Shown here one piece after another: positions 7,934 to 18,067 of a stretch of DNA of 64,000 nucleotides. The notes below the pieces were generated by a model. It worked only from the letters and a program-made list of their open reading frames with translations, was not told the origin of the DNA and made no database searches. Origin of the DNA: a virus; IMG/VR virus record IMGVR_UViG_3300025086_000015, positions 1 through 64,000 of that record. One strand, given 5' to 3'. How positions within the stretch are numbered: position 1 is the first letter of the stretch; the number at the start of each line of letters is the position of its first letter. The position numbers were made by a program, and so were the translations under genes.

Positions 7934-10900
7934 CTAACTTTGTCCTCCTCTTATTTTACCTACTTTATTTCCGATACACTGAGGATCTTCTGTACATTTA
8001 TCACATTGTTCATTTATATATAAAATAAATGGATCTATGTAATTTACTGTAGTTGTATTTGGGAATGTATTTAGCTTTGTGCATTGCGCCCAATGTCCTG
8101 ATGTTGCCCCTACAGTTGTTTCTGGATTATAACAGCCGTTTGTACATGACCCTCCAGATACAACTTCATAAATTAAACCGCTTGGCATTTTTATAACATC
8201 TCCTACAAATAAAACAGTTGATGGCACAAAAAATAAACCTGGATTTGTTATTGTAGTTCCTTCTCCAGTTGTTATACTTGAGCCTGGATATGCAACGTCA
8301 TTAAGTCCTGTTGCAGGTCCTCCAGTTGTCCATTTAGAATCACAATCAGCCGTAGCAGAGGCAGGAGCAGTTGTCATATCATCAGTACAGTTATATATAC
8401 AATCTAACCCATCTCTCTGGAGTAAGTAATTTACTAAAATTAACTTCCATTGATTCATTATTGAACAATCGTCTGCGTACCCAATTCTTAATTTATTTAA
8501 ATACATTGCTCCTTTTAAAGTTAAACATCCAAATAACTTATTATCAAGTTTTCTTTTTGAGGAACTGTTTAACTGACAAGGATTTTGTACAATATTGTAT
8601 TCACAAGTTCCATCATCACATGCTGCATTAGGATTATAATTACTTGCTAAAGGGTCTGTACATCCACAATATATACAAGAACCATCATCAATGGTTGCTG
8701 ATGGATTATAGTTTGAAGCATTTGGATCAGTACACCCACAGTTTGAAGGAGAACTACCAATACTAAATATACCTGTTACAGTGCATCCATTAGTATCAAC
8801 AACCTCCCAAGTGTAAGGTCCAACTGCTAAATTTGCAAATGTAGGTACTGAAATTCCAACGGTTGCTGACACTGTTGTTGAATATACTATTGTTCCTGAA
8901 GTATCGAAAACGGTCACGCCCCAATTAAAAGCTCCAGCAGAAACAGCTGTACATGTAAAGGTAGCCATACCATCTGCATTATTAGCACAAGTAACTGATG
9001 ATGCTGTTGCGTTTTGTATTACTACAGGATCAACTACTGGAGGCGTGCAGTAAAGACAACATCCTCCATTATTCGCATTGATATTTGGATTATATATTCC
9101 ATTACAGTCGTGCAGGTAATTTAAAGCGCTTTGATCTAAACATCCTTCCCACATACATGAGCCATCATCAAAAACAGCTAGAGGATCGTAGTTTGTTGCA
9201 GTTGGATCTGTACAGCCTCCTCTTGGGTATAAACAACTACCATCATCTACAGTAGCGTTAGGATCATAGTTCGTAGCTACTGGATCTGTACAACCTGGTA
9301 TTGGATAAAGACAACTATTATCATCCAAAGTAGCTGTAGCATCATAGTTAAGTGCTGAAGCATCTGTACATCCACAGATTGGGGCAGTATAAGTAATATC
9401 TGCAGTAGTAGTACAATTACCTCCGGCTCCTCCATCTATTATATGAAAAGTATAAACACCACTTATACTAGCGCCAGGAAAAACACTATTTCCTGAAGCT
9501 GATGCGAGTGATTGTGTAGGATTAAATAGATTTACTACATTACCGTTTGGATCTGTCCAGTAAATTTGAGTTGCGGAAGCTGGATTACATGTATACGAAG
9601 CCGCAATATCTTGAAGACATACACCCTGAGAGCTACTACCTGGTACTATTAATATATTAGTAATATTACAATCACATCCTGCTGGGTATGTACACAAATA
9701 CATAGCTGAAACTTGTAAATCTGTAGGAACTGCTGTTCCGTAATTAGTTGCTCCTTGATCAGGGCAAACTTTAGCTTTAACATCTACTGGAATTTCAAAA
9801 ATACATTTTTCTAACCCAGCATCTGCTCCTGTAGACGAATCTTCTATTTCTACAAGAACTGTATAATATCCATAACTTAAACTAGTAAAGGTAGCGTTAA
9901 TTCCAGAAGCTACAGTAGATGTTGTTGTTGCTAAAATTGCACTACCAGAATATGCTGCACCTGAACTTGAAACAGTAGCTAAACTGTATTTGTAAGACAT
10001 TGTGCTTGTTATATAAGGAGTTAACGATGGATGAATACCACCAGTAACTGTTAATTCACCGTCTGACGTTGAATCATCTGATGTTGGCTGAGAAGTCCAA
10101 GTTGAACTTGAGAAAAACCCTGATACTATATTTCCAGTTGAGTTTATAACAACTCCAGGCGCATCATCAGCACAGTATAAACAACAATCTGGAACGCACA
10201 TTACTTGTGCTGCAGAATTATAATTAATTGCAGTTGCAATTGTACAGTCTGTTATTCCTGACAATTCGCGAATTGGTATATTTTGAGTCCAAATACACCC
10301 ATCATCATCTGTAACTGTTAAAATGTAATAATTTGATCCAGTATTAGCAGGTAATGATCCCCATTGAAATATAAATGGTGCAATTGAAAAAGTTAAAGTT
10401 GTATTAGTTTGAGCGCTAGCAGAATTAACTGGTACATTAGTACCTGCTGCAGAGCTTAATTGAAATTCTGTTACTGCACCAGGTTGACCACCAGTAATTG
10501 CTCCTACAAAAGATCCTGCAGCAATACCAGTACCTGTTACTGACATACCTACTGTAATAGAAGCGTTAGAATTACAAGTAACTATTGAGCTATTTAATGT
10601 TGTATCACAAGTAGCATCTGTAAATGACGCTCCAATTGTATACGCTGAATTTCCATTTTGTGTAATTGTAGCTCCAGAACTGTCTGTTAGTGATACAGTG
10701 TAAGAATGCTGATTAGCAGTAGCGTTATAATTACCAATAGCACCAGTTGTGCCGTTTGTGAAATCTATAGTTATAGTTCCATCAGAAGCTCCAAATGACG
10801 CATCTGTCGATGTAGCTAGCATAATAAAATTAGTACAATCTACAGAACAACATCCAGCTGGGCCTGCTACTGGTATCCAAGCGCCTTGCGCACCACTTAT

Positions 10901-12418
10901 ATAACTAGCAATATTTGTACCATTACAATCTAAACTAGTTGTTAAATAATAACTTGGAGAGTTTTTATCTAAACAAACATCAATTGATGTAGGAGGAGAT
11001 GTGTCGCAACTACCTAAATTTTCTGAATAGGTATAAACACGAGTTACCCCATAATTTCCTTCAGCTGGCCTAATAGGATAAACTCCAGATGCGTCAAAAA
11101 CTTGAACACCATTATGACTTTCTAAAGAATTTCTTAATTGGTATCCATTATAAACAGTAGGAAAATTATTAGTAGCTCCATAAGTACTACTTACAATTGC
11201 TTGGGGAGGTAGCATTTGCTTCAAAGGAAATATAAACATATCTGCCCTTGTTTGCTGCGCTGGTGAGACTGCTAAAGGAGAGCCCCACTGAACACTTCCA
11301 GCGCTTGACATTGTTGCTTGTACTGATAGACTTTGAGCATCATACACATACTCTGCTAAATCTGCTTTTGTAGGATGTAGACCGTTTTGATCAGTTCCTG
11401 CATCCCACTGTGCCAATCCTACATTTTGTGATATAAGCATTTGAGGAGATATTCCTGCAGCACTCCAATCAAATCTGGTTGGATTGCCTGATAACTCATT
11501 TGTAGCTATAATAGCCATATCTGCAGTTCCCCAACTATTTCCAAATGGTCTACTTTGATCTCTTTGGTATAAATAATCTGAATTGGTGCAATAACGCAAT
11601 GCATTTCCTGACCATCCATAACCTGAAACCGTTGTAATTTGGGTATTACTTTGCCAACAAGGGCTTGGTGGCATAACGTACATTGTTTCCGTATGCCCAG
11701 AAGCATAAGTTAGTATATATGTTCTTCTACCAGCATAACAATTTTGAGAAAATATTCTCATGTCTAACTTTACGGCAATTCTAGGACCTCCAGCGAAATT
11801 ATAATGATCATTAAATGTTGAAGTTGAAGTAGAGTAAACACCTGACAATTCTTCAAACCCAAAACCATCTCCACTATTATCTGTTACCATAACTAAAGGG
11901 TCTACTAAACCAAATTCTGGAGCTGCAGTAGAACCATCAACTATTTCTACTTCAGGGGCATACGCCCAAGGTATAGCATTAGTTGTTATTACATTAGTTG
12001 ATGTATTAGGATTACTCCCAAGTATATCCCAAATACCTGTGTGAGGAAAATCTTTTAAAGGTAAGAAAACAAGTTGAGTATACCTCATATTGCCGCTAAC
12101 ATTAATATTTGCAGCTTTTTGCTTAATTAAATCCTCAGTGCTTATAGCTAAAGATCTATCTAGTTCTTCTATATTTTCCTGTAACTCTTTAGTTTCGTTT
12201 TCAAAGAAACTTGAAACTTCTGGAGGTAATTCACTAAATACCTCTGCCTTTTTTAATTCTTTTTGTAATCTTTCTTGTAAGTCAGCACGTCTACTAACTT
12301 CCTGAATCATCTTAGCTCTTTCTCTCATACGTCTTGAAGCTTCTTTCTCGCCGTATTTCTCAGACTCTTTCTTATATAGTTCCGCGTTTAAGTCTTTTAA
12401 TTTTTCGTATTCTGCCAT
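7934..12418 (-). CDS. Large Cys-rich virion protein with GCTD repeats and Ig-like segments
   Basis: 1494 aa; six clear GC(T/L)DxxAxNY repeats; TDDDGC and VDTNGC SprB-like strands; charged N-terminal coiled coil. Confidence 0.75.
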   Translation of the reverse strand: MAEYEKLKDLNAELYKKESEKYGEKEASRRMRERAKMIQEVSRRADLQERLQKELKKAEVFSELPPEVSSFFENETKELQENIEELDRSLAISTEDLIKQKAANINVSGNMRYTQLVFLPLKDFPHTGIWDILGSNPNTSTNVITTNAIPWAYAPEVEIVDGSTAAPEFGLVDPLVMVTDNSGDGFGFEELSGVYSTSTSTFNDHYNFAGGPRIAVKLDMRIFSQNCYAGRRTYILTYASGHTETMYVMPPSPCWQSNTQITTVSGYGWSGNALRYCTNSDYLYQRDQSRPFGNSWGTADMAIIATNELSGNPTRFDWSAAGISPQMLISQNVGLAQWDAGTDQNGLHPTKADLAEYVYDAQSLSVQATMSSAGSVQWGSPLAVSPAQQTRADMFIFPLKQMLPPQAIVSSTYGATNNFPTVYNGYQLRNSLESHNGVQVFDASGVYPIRPAEGNYGVTRVYTYSENLGSCDTSPPTSIDVCLDKNSPSYYLTTSLDCNGTNIASYISGAQGAWIPVAGPAGCCSVDCTNFIMLATSTDASFGASDGTITIDFTNGTTGAIGNYNATANQHSYTVSLTDSSGATITQNGNSAYTIGASFTDATCDTTLNSSIVTCNSNASITVGMSVTGTGIAAGSFVGAITGGQPGAVTEFQLSSAAGTNVPVNSASAQTNTTLTFSIAPFIFQWGSLPANTGSNYYILTVTDDDGCIWTQNIPIRELSGITDCTIATAINYNSAAQVMCVPDCCLYCADDAPGVVINSTGNIVSGFFSSSTWTSQPTSDDSTSDGELTVTGGIHPSLTPYITSTMSYKYSLATVSSSGAAYSGSAILATTTSTVASGINATFTSLSYGYYTVLVEIEDSSTGADAGLEKCIFEIPVDVKAKVCPDQGATNYGTAVPTDLQVSAMYLCTYPAGCDCNITNILIVPGSSSQGVCLQDIAASYTCNPASATQIYWTDPNGNVVNLFNPTQSLASASGNSVFPGASISGVYTFHIIDGGAGGNCTTTADITYTAPICGCTDASALNYDATATLDDNSCLYPIPGCTDPVATNYDPNATVDDGSCLYPRGGCTDPTATNYDPLAVFDDGSCMWEGCLDQSALNYLHDCNGIYNPNINANNGGCCLYCTPPVVDPVVIQNATASSVTCANNADGMATFTCTAVSAGAFNWGVTVFDTSGTIVYSTTVSATVGISVPTFANLAVGPYTWEVVDTNGCTVTGIFSIGSSPSNCGCTDPNASNYNPSATIDDGSCIYCGCTDPLASNYNPNAACDDGTCEYNIVQNPCQLNSSSKRKLDNKLFGCLTLKGAMYLNKLRIGYADDCSIMNQWKLILVNYLLQRDGLDCIYNCTDDMTTAPASATADCDSKWTTGGPATGLNDVAYPGSSITTGEGTTITNPGLFFVPSTVLFVGDVIKMPSGLIYEVVSGGSCTNGCYNPETTVGATSGHWAQCTKLNTFPNTTTVNYIDPFILYINEQCDKCTEDPQCIGNKVGKIRGGQS
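8600..9373 (-). repeat. GCTD coding repeats (4+2 copies)
   Basis: GCTDASALNYD, GCTDPVATNYD, GCTDPTATNYD, GCLDQSALNY, GCTDPNASNYN, GCTDPLASNYN. Confidence 0.85.
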
Positions 12419-12430
12419 TATATATTTTTA

Positions 12431-12949
12431 TTAGCAATCACACCCACATGAGTTATCACATAATTCTTTTGCCTTTGAATATTTTTCATATATATCAGAA
12501 AAAATACCACCTGACGCATATTGATTTGGTTGATTTACTAAAGAAACAGCTGTGCTAGCTGCATCTAGTAATAAAAATATTTTTTGAGCTTTTGCTAATG
12601 CGCTTGAACATTTAGCACAATCACACGCACAATCTAAAAGCTCGTTTGTTAATTTAGCTAAACAACAATCAATATCACAATGGTTAAATAGAGGTTTCCT
12701 TACCTGCTCAGAACCACCTTCAATTAATCGAACTACAAATAGTCCATTCTTATATCCTAAATTTGATACTGCATCTAAATTTATTCTCCCTACTCCACCT
12801 GCACCACTAAAGGTGATTGTAGCTGTATATAAAACAGCTTGGTTTGGGTAATCTAATATTTCTATTGTTCCTGTAGTTCCACCTACATAGCTCTTTGCGC
12901 TTATAGCTACATAGTTACAACTTGAAACGGATTGGACGTTTAAGCTCAT
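12431..12949 (-). CDS. Cys-rich virion-module protein
   Basis: CDIDCC, CACDCAKC and terminal CDNSCGCDC; lies in the tail/ring region. Confidence 0.65.
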   Translation of the reverse strand: MSLNVQSVSSCNYVAISAKSYVGGTTGTIEILDYPNQAVLYTATITFSGAGGVGRINLDAVSNLGYKNGLFVVRLIEGGSEQVRKPLFNHCDIDCCLAKLTNELLDCACDCAKCSSALAKAQKIFLLLDAASTAVSLVNQPNQYASGGIFSDIYEKYSKAKELCDNSCGCDC

Positions 12950-12970
12950 TTGAGGTTTTTTTAAATTAAG

Positions 12971-13010
12971 AAAAAAAAGACCAGCAGGGGGACTAAGCCC
13001 CCTGATAGTC
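12971..13010 (-). terminator. Intrinsic terminator
   Basis: CAGGGGG/CCCCCTG stem followed by 8 U on the minus strand. Confidence 0.8.
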
Positions 13011-13028
13011 TAATTAAATTTGCTGATC

Positions 13029-13385
13029 TTACTCGTCAGCTTCTGTTACGTACTCTACGTGTATGATAGCATCACTACCACCACTGTAAGTTCCAGTAGT
13101 CGTTAATTTTAACGCTCCTGGAGTTGTAATCTTATTTGCTGTTAATGTAAGAGCATTGTAGTCTGCTATAGACCCAGTTGCTAATGTGCCCATTAAAGCT
13201 GTTGCACCACAATATAATCTTACATTTGTTCCGCCAGCTAAAGCCGTCATTTCGCTTAAATGTGCGCGAAGAACTAAAGCTCCAGCAGGTAAAACTACAT
13301 CACTTCCAGCAGAAGGATAATCTCCCGCCGATGTCATAACACCAGTTCTAAATGAAACTGATTTTACATTTGATAATTTACTCAT
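13029..13385 (-). CDS. Small capsid decoration/spike-like protein
   Basis: LPAGALV motif, beta-rich, located in the capsid operon. Confidence 0.55.
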   Translation of the reverse strand: MSKLSNVKSVSFRTGVMTSAGDYPSAGSDVVLPAGALVLRAHLSEMTALAGGTNVRLYCGATALMGTLATGSIADYNALTLTANKITTPGALKLTTTGTYSGGSDAIIHVEYVTEADE

Positions 13386-13412
13386 TTTAATTTATTTTTT
13401 TAAAAGTTAATA

Positions 13413-14405
13413 TTATAGGTTAACTGGAGCGTATCCTACAGATCCTAAGTATCCGTTTAATACTGATTCCAATGCACCCGTTAATCCTGCTGTTGTATTA
13501 TCAAAAGCTATATTAACTTCAATAACATTATCAACACCGTTAATCTGAGAAGATGAAGATCCATCTTTAGTAGCTGCAATATGATACATATCATAAGTTG
13601 TTCCTGCTACTGTTGTATTTGCCGGAGTATTTGGTAAGTGAATTCTGTTGTGGTATCCGTACTGGATAGCTTTGTGATTCTCTTCCATTTCCGCTACATA
13701 GAAAGCGTCGCCATAACCTCTGTTTGCTGCTGCAACTAAAGCTAAAGTAGCAACACCACCATTAGATGCTAATGATAAGTTTTCAGTTACGATTTCAAAA
13801 GTTGTTGGGTGCTCTACTACGTTACCTTGTCTGTCTATCTCACCTTTTTTCCATCCTACGAAAGTTAAAAGATTAGTATTATCCCAAGCGTATGTTTTTA
13901 TAAAGTCAGGAAGTTGATCAGACTGAGTAGTTGTTACTGCACCACCACCAGAGTTATAAGTTGCATCTAACTCATCTACATATGCTTCACCAATTTCTGC
14001 TGCAGTATTTAAAGCTGACGCATTAGTTGTAACATTGTAAGACTTCATGTTAAAAGGCTCAGCTCCGTTAGTTTTGTTAATAAATTTAATGGTAGTTACT
14101 ACGTCTGCTGTGTTAGTTGCAGCACCAGTAATTTGAACTGTTCTGCTTTCAGCTACTTGAGCTACGTGGCTTTTACCACTCCAGTCAATAACGTCTTTAC
14201 CATATATCCACGGACTTACTAAATCTCTTGTTCCATTTCCTTGAACAATTCTAAATTGAGCAGAGTCTGCTATTGTGTCTCCAGCTACCATTGCTGTTGG
14301 TCCTGAAGCGCTTAATTTTTGGATTTCGATAGCACCATTATCCAGTATACCTGCTACTGTTCTAGCTACTGCTGTGTCGTTTCCAATGTACAAATGTTTT
14401 GCCAT
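13413..14405 (-). CDS. Auxiliary capsid/structural protein
   Basis: 330 aa, A/T/G-rich, at the crAss-like position downstream of MCP and ring gene. Confidence 0.6.
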   Translation of the reverse strand: MAKHLYIGNDTAVARTVAGILDNGAIEIQKLSASGPTAMVAGDTIADSAQFRIVQGNGTRDLVSPWIYGKDVIDWSGKSHVAQVAESRTVQITGAATNTADVVTTIKFINKTNGAEPFNMKSYNVTTNASALNTAAEIGEAYVDELDATYNSGGGAVTTTQSDQLPDFIKTYAWDNTNLLTFVGWKKGEIDRQGNVVEHPTTFEIVTENLSLASNGGVATLALVAAANRGYGDAFYVAEMEENHKAIQYGYHNRIHLPNTPANTTVAGTTYDMYHIAATKDGSSSSQINGVDNVIEVNIAFDNTTAGLTGALESVLNGYLGSVGYAPVNL

Positions 14406-14431
14406 TTTTTTTAATTTTTGTTAATTAATAC

Positions 14432-15589
14432 TTATTCATTTTTCCCAGCCTCTACTGACTGAGATTTATATCGAGGGTCACTAATTCCCTCTAATATGCT
14501 ACTTACCGTCATATCTACAATTTCTTGATGACAATGTTCAGGTAATTCACAATCGATCGACAAATTTAGTGAAATATTTGCCGGTTTTCTTATATACGTT
14601 ATTTTTAGCTTATCTATTATAAATATAGCACTTGTATAGATGTCTATATAACTACCACGTATCGTTGTAAGTGGTGATGTGTATTTTGTTGTGTTAAAAG
14701 GATCATTTAATAATGTAAAAATATCATCATGCTGCACAAATTTATTTACAGCACTTATAGTTGTTCCTCCAATTATATCTCTCTTATTTCCATACGTACT
14801 ATCTTCATATTGCGCAGAGGCAGAAACTATGGTATTATTTGTTGCGTCTCTACCAATAAAAGAAGTTGCTAAATTAGAACCACTAGTTAGATTAGTTACA
14901 GACATATCCCAATTAAACCATGGGAATAATGTTGTTGCATCTACCTCAAATATAAAGTTTCCAGGAACTGTTAGTTCTCCATACTGCTCCCAATACACGT
15001 TTATACCCGGAACAGTAATACCTAAAATACTTAATCTAACATTTTCTGTATCTGCTGGATACGTAAATCCTGAACCACCAGACCAAATTAATTGATCTCC
15101 TAAAAGAGGATTATCTGGATCAGCCATCATACGTATTGAGTCAACAAAATCTGTAGATCCATTGTTAGCATTATTACATACAAAATCATTTAAACTAATT
15201 GTAAAATAATTTAAAGGTTGATTGTTTCTTAAATCCCACGACACACGTTCACAATTGTTAATTTTAACATCGGATCTTTGTGACACTAAATACATGTAAT
15301 CTATAGGTAATTTAAAAGTATCAATCCAAAAATCAGCACTTAATTGATCTTTATATGTTACAGGGTTTTCATACTCTGTAACTAAAGTTCTTAAGTCATC
15401 TATTCTTTTTTGAGATTGTTCAAATCCTTTCCCTAATGCATTGTTTCTACCATATTTTGTATTTATAAATTTAATTTGAGCTTTATTCAGCTCTAAATCT
15501 ATTTCTTCTTGTAGTAGCATATCAGCTTGGAGTGAATTAATTTTATCCACTCCTTGCTGTATTGCTAAATGCATTTCGAGTACATTCAT
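14432..15589 (-). CDS. crAss-like head-tail ring protein
   Basis: N-terminal EIDLELNKAQ...GFEQSQKRIDDLRTLV and C-terminal YIRKP...CELPEHCHQEIVDM, recognised as crAss ring/adaptor motifs. Confidence 0.7.
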   Translation of the reverse strand: MNVLEMHLAIQQGVDKINSLQADMLLQEEIDLELNKAQIKFINTKYGRNNALGKGFEQSQKRIDDLRTLVTEYENPVTYKDQLSADFWIDTFKLPIDYMYLVSQRSDVKINNCERVSWDLRNNQPLNYFTISLNDFVCNNANNGSTDFVDSIRMMADPDNPLLGDQLIWSGGSGFTYPADTENVRLSILGITVPGINVYWEQYGELTVPGNFIFEVDATTLFPWFNWDMSVTNLTSGSNLATSFIGRDATNNTIVSASAQYEDSTYGNKRDIIGGTTISAVNKFVQHDDIFTLLNDPFNTTKYTSPLTTIRGSYIDIYTSAIFIIDKLKITYIRKPANISLNLSIDCELPEHCHQEIVDMTVSSILEGISDPRYKSQSVEAGKNE

Positions 15590-15593
15590 ATTA

Positions 15594-16403
15594 TTATACT
15601 GCTAATTCTTTAAGTTTAGCTCTTAAAACGGTTAATGTTGAAGAATTTTTCTTATCTCTAAGATAAACAACTGCATTATCTAAAGTATCCCCAATTATAT
15701 CATCTATAAAAATAATTTGGTTTCCTATTTTTCTTAATACACCTGCTGTTATCATTTCTTCTATTTCTGCCTTTAATTCTAAGTTTTTATCTGAAGCAAT
15801 TTTTAAGAATTTAGCTGGACTCTTATCTTTGATTTCATAAAGTTGATTCTCTATTTGATCACCTGTTAAACGGTCAGGATTAACATTTGCGATCAATCTT
15901 AAAATTCTCTTCATAGTTTTTACATCTGCAGAAGCTTTGATAAACATTTTATCTGCATCTTTTCTGAGTTGAATTTTATTATTTTTAACTTTATCGTCTC
16001 TTGTAAGATCTTGAATATAAAATCTTTTTGCAAAATCTTTATCCATTTCATCTTTTGTTAATGCTACATGTGGGTGTTTTAAAGCAAATCTGTATTTGAT
16101 GTAATCGTCAATCTTTACTGGTACACCGTTAGCATCTACTCCAATCTCTAATTCAACTCCCGTAAATCCTACTGGTACTGTTAAATTAGCCCAAAATTCT
16201 TTAGAGTGTTTTGGCCATTCCACATGGTCTGGACTCACATCTAAAAATCCTTTCATAAACTTTTTTTCTTCCTCTTCATCGAAAGCTTTTAAAGGTTGTC
16301 TATTTACATAGACACTGCTGAGTTTTAATACTGCTTCAGCTCGCACTTGTTTTGGGAGATGGTTTAAAACCTCTTTTCTCCTTAATGTTACTTTTTTTGT
16401 CAT
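15594..16403 (-). CDS. Conserved crAss-like protein downstream of MCP
   Basis: Synteny; start reassigned to MTKKV (16403) because the ORF-track extension overlaps a hairpin. Confidence 0.7.
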   Translation of the reverse strand: MTKKVTLRRKEVLNHLPKQVRAEAVLKLSSVYVNRQPLKAFDEEEEKKFMKGFLDVSPDHVEWPKHSKEFWANLTVPVGFTGVELEIGVDANGVPVKIDDYIKYRFALKHPHVALTKDEMDKDFAKRFYIQDLTRDDKVKNNKIQLRKDADKMFIKASADVKTMKRILRLIANVNPDRLTGDQIENQLYEIKDKSPAKFLKIASDKNLELKAEIEEMITAGVLRKIGNQIIFIDDIIGDTLDNAVVYLRDKKNSSTLTVLRAKLKELAV

Positions 16404-16482
16404 TTTCAGTTCTTTTAAATTAATAGTTAAATGTTGAGATGTAAAGAATAACCCTCTCAACCAAGGTATATTATAAATTGAT

Positions 16483-16515
16483 AAAGGGGTGGGAGAGAAA
16501 ATCTCCCCCACATCC
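16483..16515 (-). terminator. Hairpin downstream of MCP (terminator or processing site)
   Basis: GTGGGGGAGA-TTT-TCTCTCCCAC stem with short U tract. Confidence 0.55.
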
Positions 16516-16556
16516 TAAATCAAAACCAATATATATAGACGCAAATTAATGCCTAA

Positions 16557-18005
16557 TTAAGATGCTGTACAAGTGATGTCAATAGAAGTATCAAATCTAC
16601 GTAAGCAGATACCAGCTGTTTTCAACATATGTACAGACGCACCATCCACATCAGAAGCTCTAGCATCAGAACCAGAGAATCCTTTAGGAACTACAGAACC
16701 AGCTACACACCATCTCATAGACTCACGACCTTTTTTGTTGATCATTTGTAGGTTGTTTTGTCCATCATAATTTGACTGATCAACAAATACCATTCTATAA
16801 GATTCTAATGAATATCCAGTTACTGGGTGTTTTGCACGAGCTTGAGCAACAGCACCATGATCAAACAATGGTAATTTTACCACGTTTACAGAGTGTCCGT
16901 CAATATGCTCGTACGATGTAAAGTATCCTGTCATACCTAAGTTACGACCTGATCCAGTTACAAACTTACCGTTATCTACAATTTTAAATGTATTACCAGC
17001 AAAGTGCGATTTAAGAGCCTCATCAAATTCTCTAGCTCCACCGATTCCAGTGTAAAGAGTAATTTGTTTTTTAGAAGCATCTGTCATTTGGTAGAATAAA
17101 TCACCAATGATGTTCTTTAATTTAGACTCAGTCATTACAGAGTAAGTGTCTTTGTTAACAATTTGCTCTAAAAGACCTGGGCCTACAATTACTGGCTGAC
17201 CATTTTCATCTTTCATGAAAGTAGCACCGTTAGCATCATAAGTTTTTTGTCCGTACCAGTAGTACATTTCACATTCTTCTTTAAAGTCAAGCATGTGTAA
17301 GTACTCCTCATAATCCATCCAAAGTTTAGTAGTAGATCCACCTTTAGTTGGTAAAGAGAATTCTGCTACAAAATCTTTAGCGTTTCCAGACATGTGGTAA
17401 GATTTTCTAACTGTAGTTAGTTTATTTCTTACTAAACCTGGAGTTTCCCAGTTTGAAGCGTTACCTCTAGAGAAGTCTACTCCTACTGGTGCATACATTT
17501 GCGCGAAAAGCGCTCCTGCCGCAACATCCGCTGCTGGCATAGTTGCCGTAGCTGATGGGTTTACTAATTGTAAAGTGTATTTGTAAGATGTGCTTCCTGC
17601 TACTTGAGTAGGCTCCATCATTATACGTGCTTGCACCCCAGACTGAGATACTAATACGTATGGAAATACGAAGTGTTTATCAGGAAATTCCAACTCGAAA
17701 GTTGCCCCTCCTAATCCTAAATTTGCTGTGCTTGCTGGTACCACTGCTACTGGTCTTGTTCTCAATCTGTGTGTTGACACACGATATTCATACTCAAGAC
17801 GGTCAATAGACTTAGTGTTTCCAACACCTTCCGTTAAGAAAGATAAAGGGAATCTAGCGTCATCTTTTCCTGCTAAATGAGTAATAATCGGAGACAATTC
17901 CGTAGGCTTGGATAACAAAGCATTAGATAGACTGTTCATATCAGTCATCTGTGAGTCATTGTAAAACGTCTTTTGGACGCTTATGTTAGTTCCATTTACT
18001 GCCAT
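16557..18005 (-). CDS. Major capsid protein (crAss-like)
   Basis: 482 aa; RNKLTTVRKS, GPGLLEQI and LYTGIGG motifs; portal-scaffold-MCP synteny; strong codon bias. Confidence 0.9.
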   Translation of the reverse strand: MAVNGTNISVQKTFYNDSQMTDMNSLSNALLSKPTELSPIITHLAGKDDARFPLSFLTEGVGNTKSIDRLEYEYRVSTHRLRTRPVAVVPASTANLGLGGATFELEFPDKHFVFPYVLVSQSGVQARIMMEPTQVAGSTSYKYTLQLVNPSATATMPAADVAAGALFAQMYAPVGVDFSRGNASNWETPGLVRNKLTTVRKSYHMSGNAKDFVAEFSLPTKGGSTTKLWMDYEEYLHMLDFKEECEMYYWYGQKTYDANGATFMKDENGQPVIVGPGLLEQIVNKDTYSVMTESKLKNIIGDLFYQMTDASKKQITLYTGIGGAREFDEALKSHFAGNTFKIVDNGKFVTGSGRNLGMTGYFTSYEHIDGHSVNVVKLPLFDHGAVAQARAKHPVTGYSLESYRMVFVDQSNYDGQNNLQMINKKGRESMRWCVAGSVVPKGFSGSDARASDVDGASVHMLKTAGICLRRFDTSIDITCTAS

Positions 18006-18067
18006 TTTTTTATTATTTTTTTAAAGTTATTATACAAAATTCAAGTTTCCCTGAATAGTTGCCATTA

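Noticed and set aside
16404-16511. N-terminal extensions in the ORF track (also 5605-5673, 27038-27076, 42609-42689)
   Set aside because: They overlap hairpins or upstream genes; downstream ATGs have better coupling or leaders
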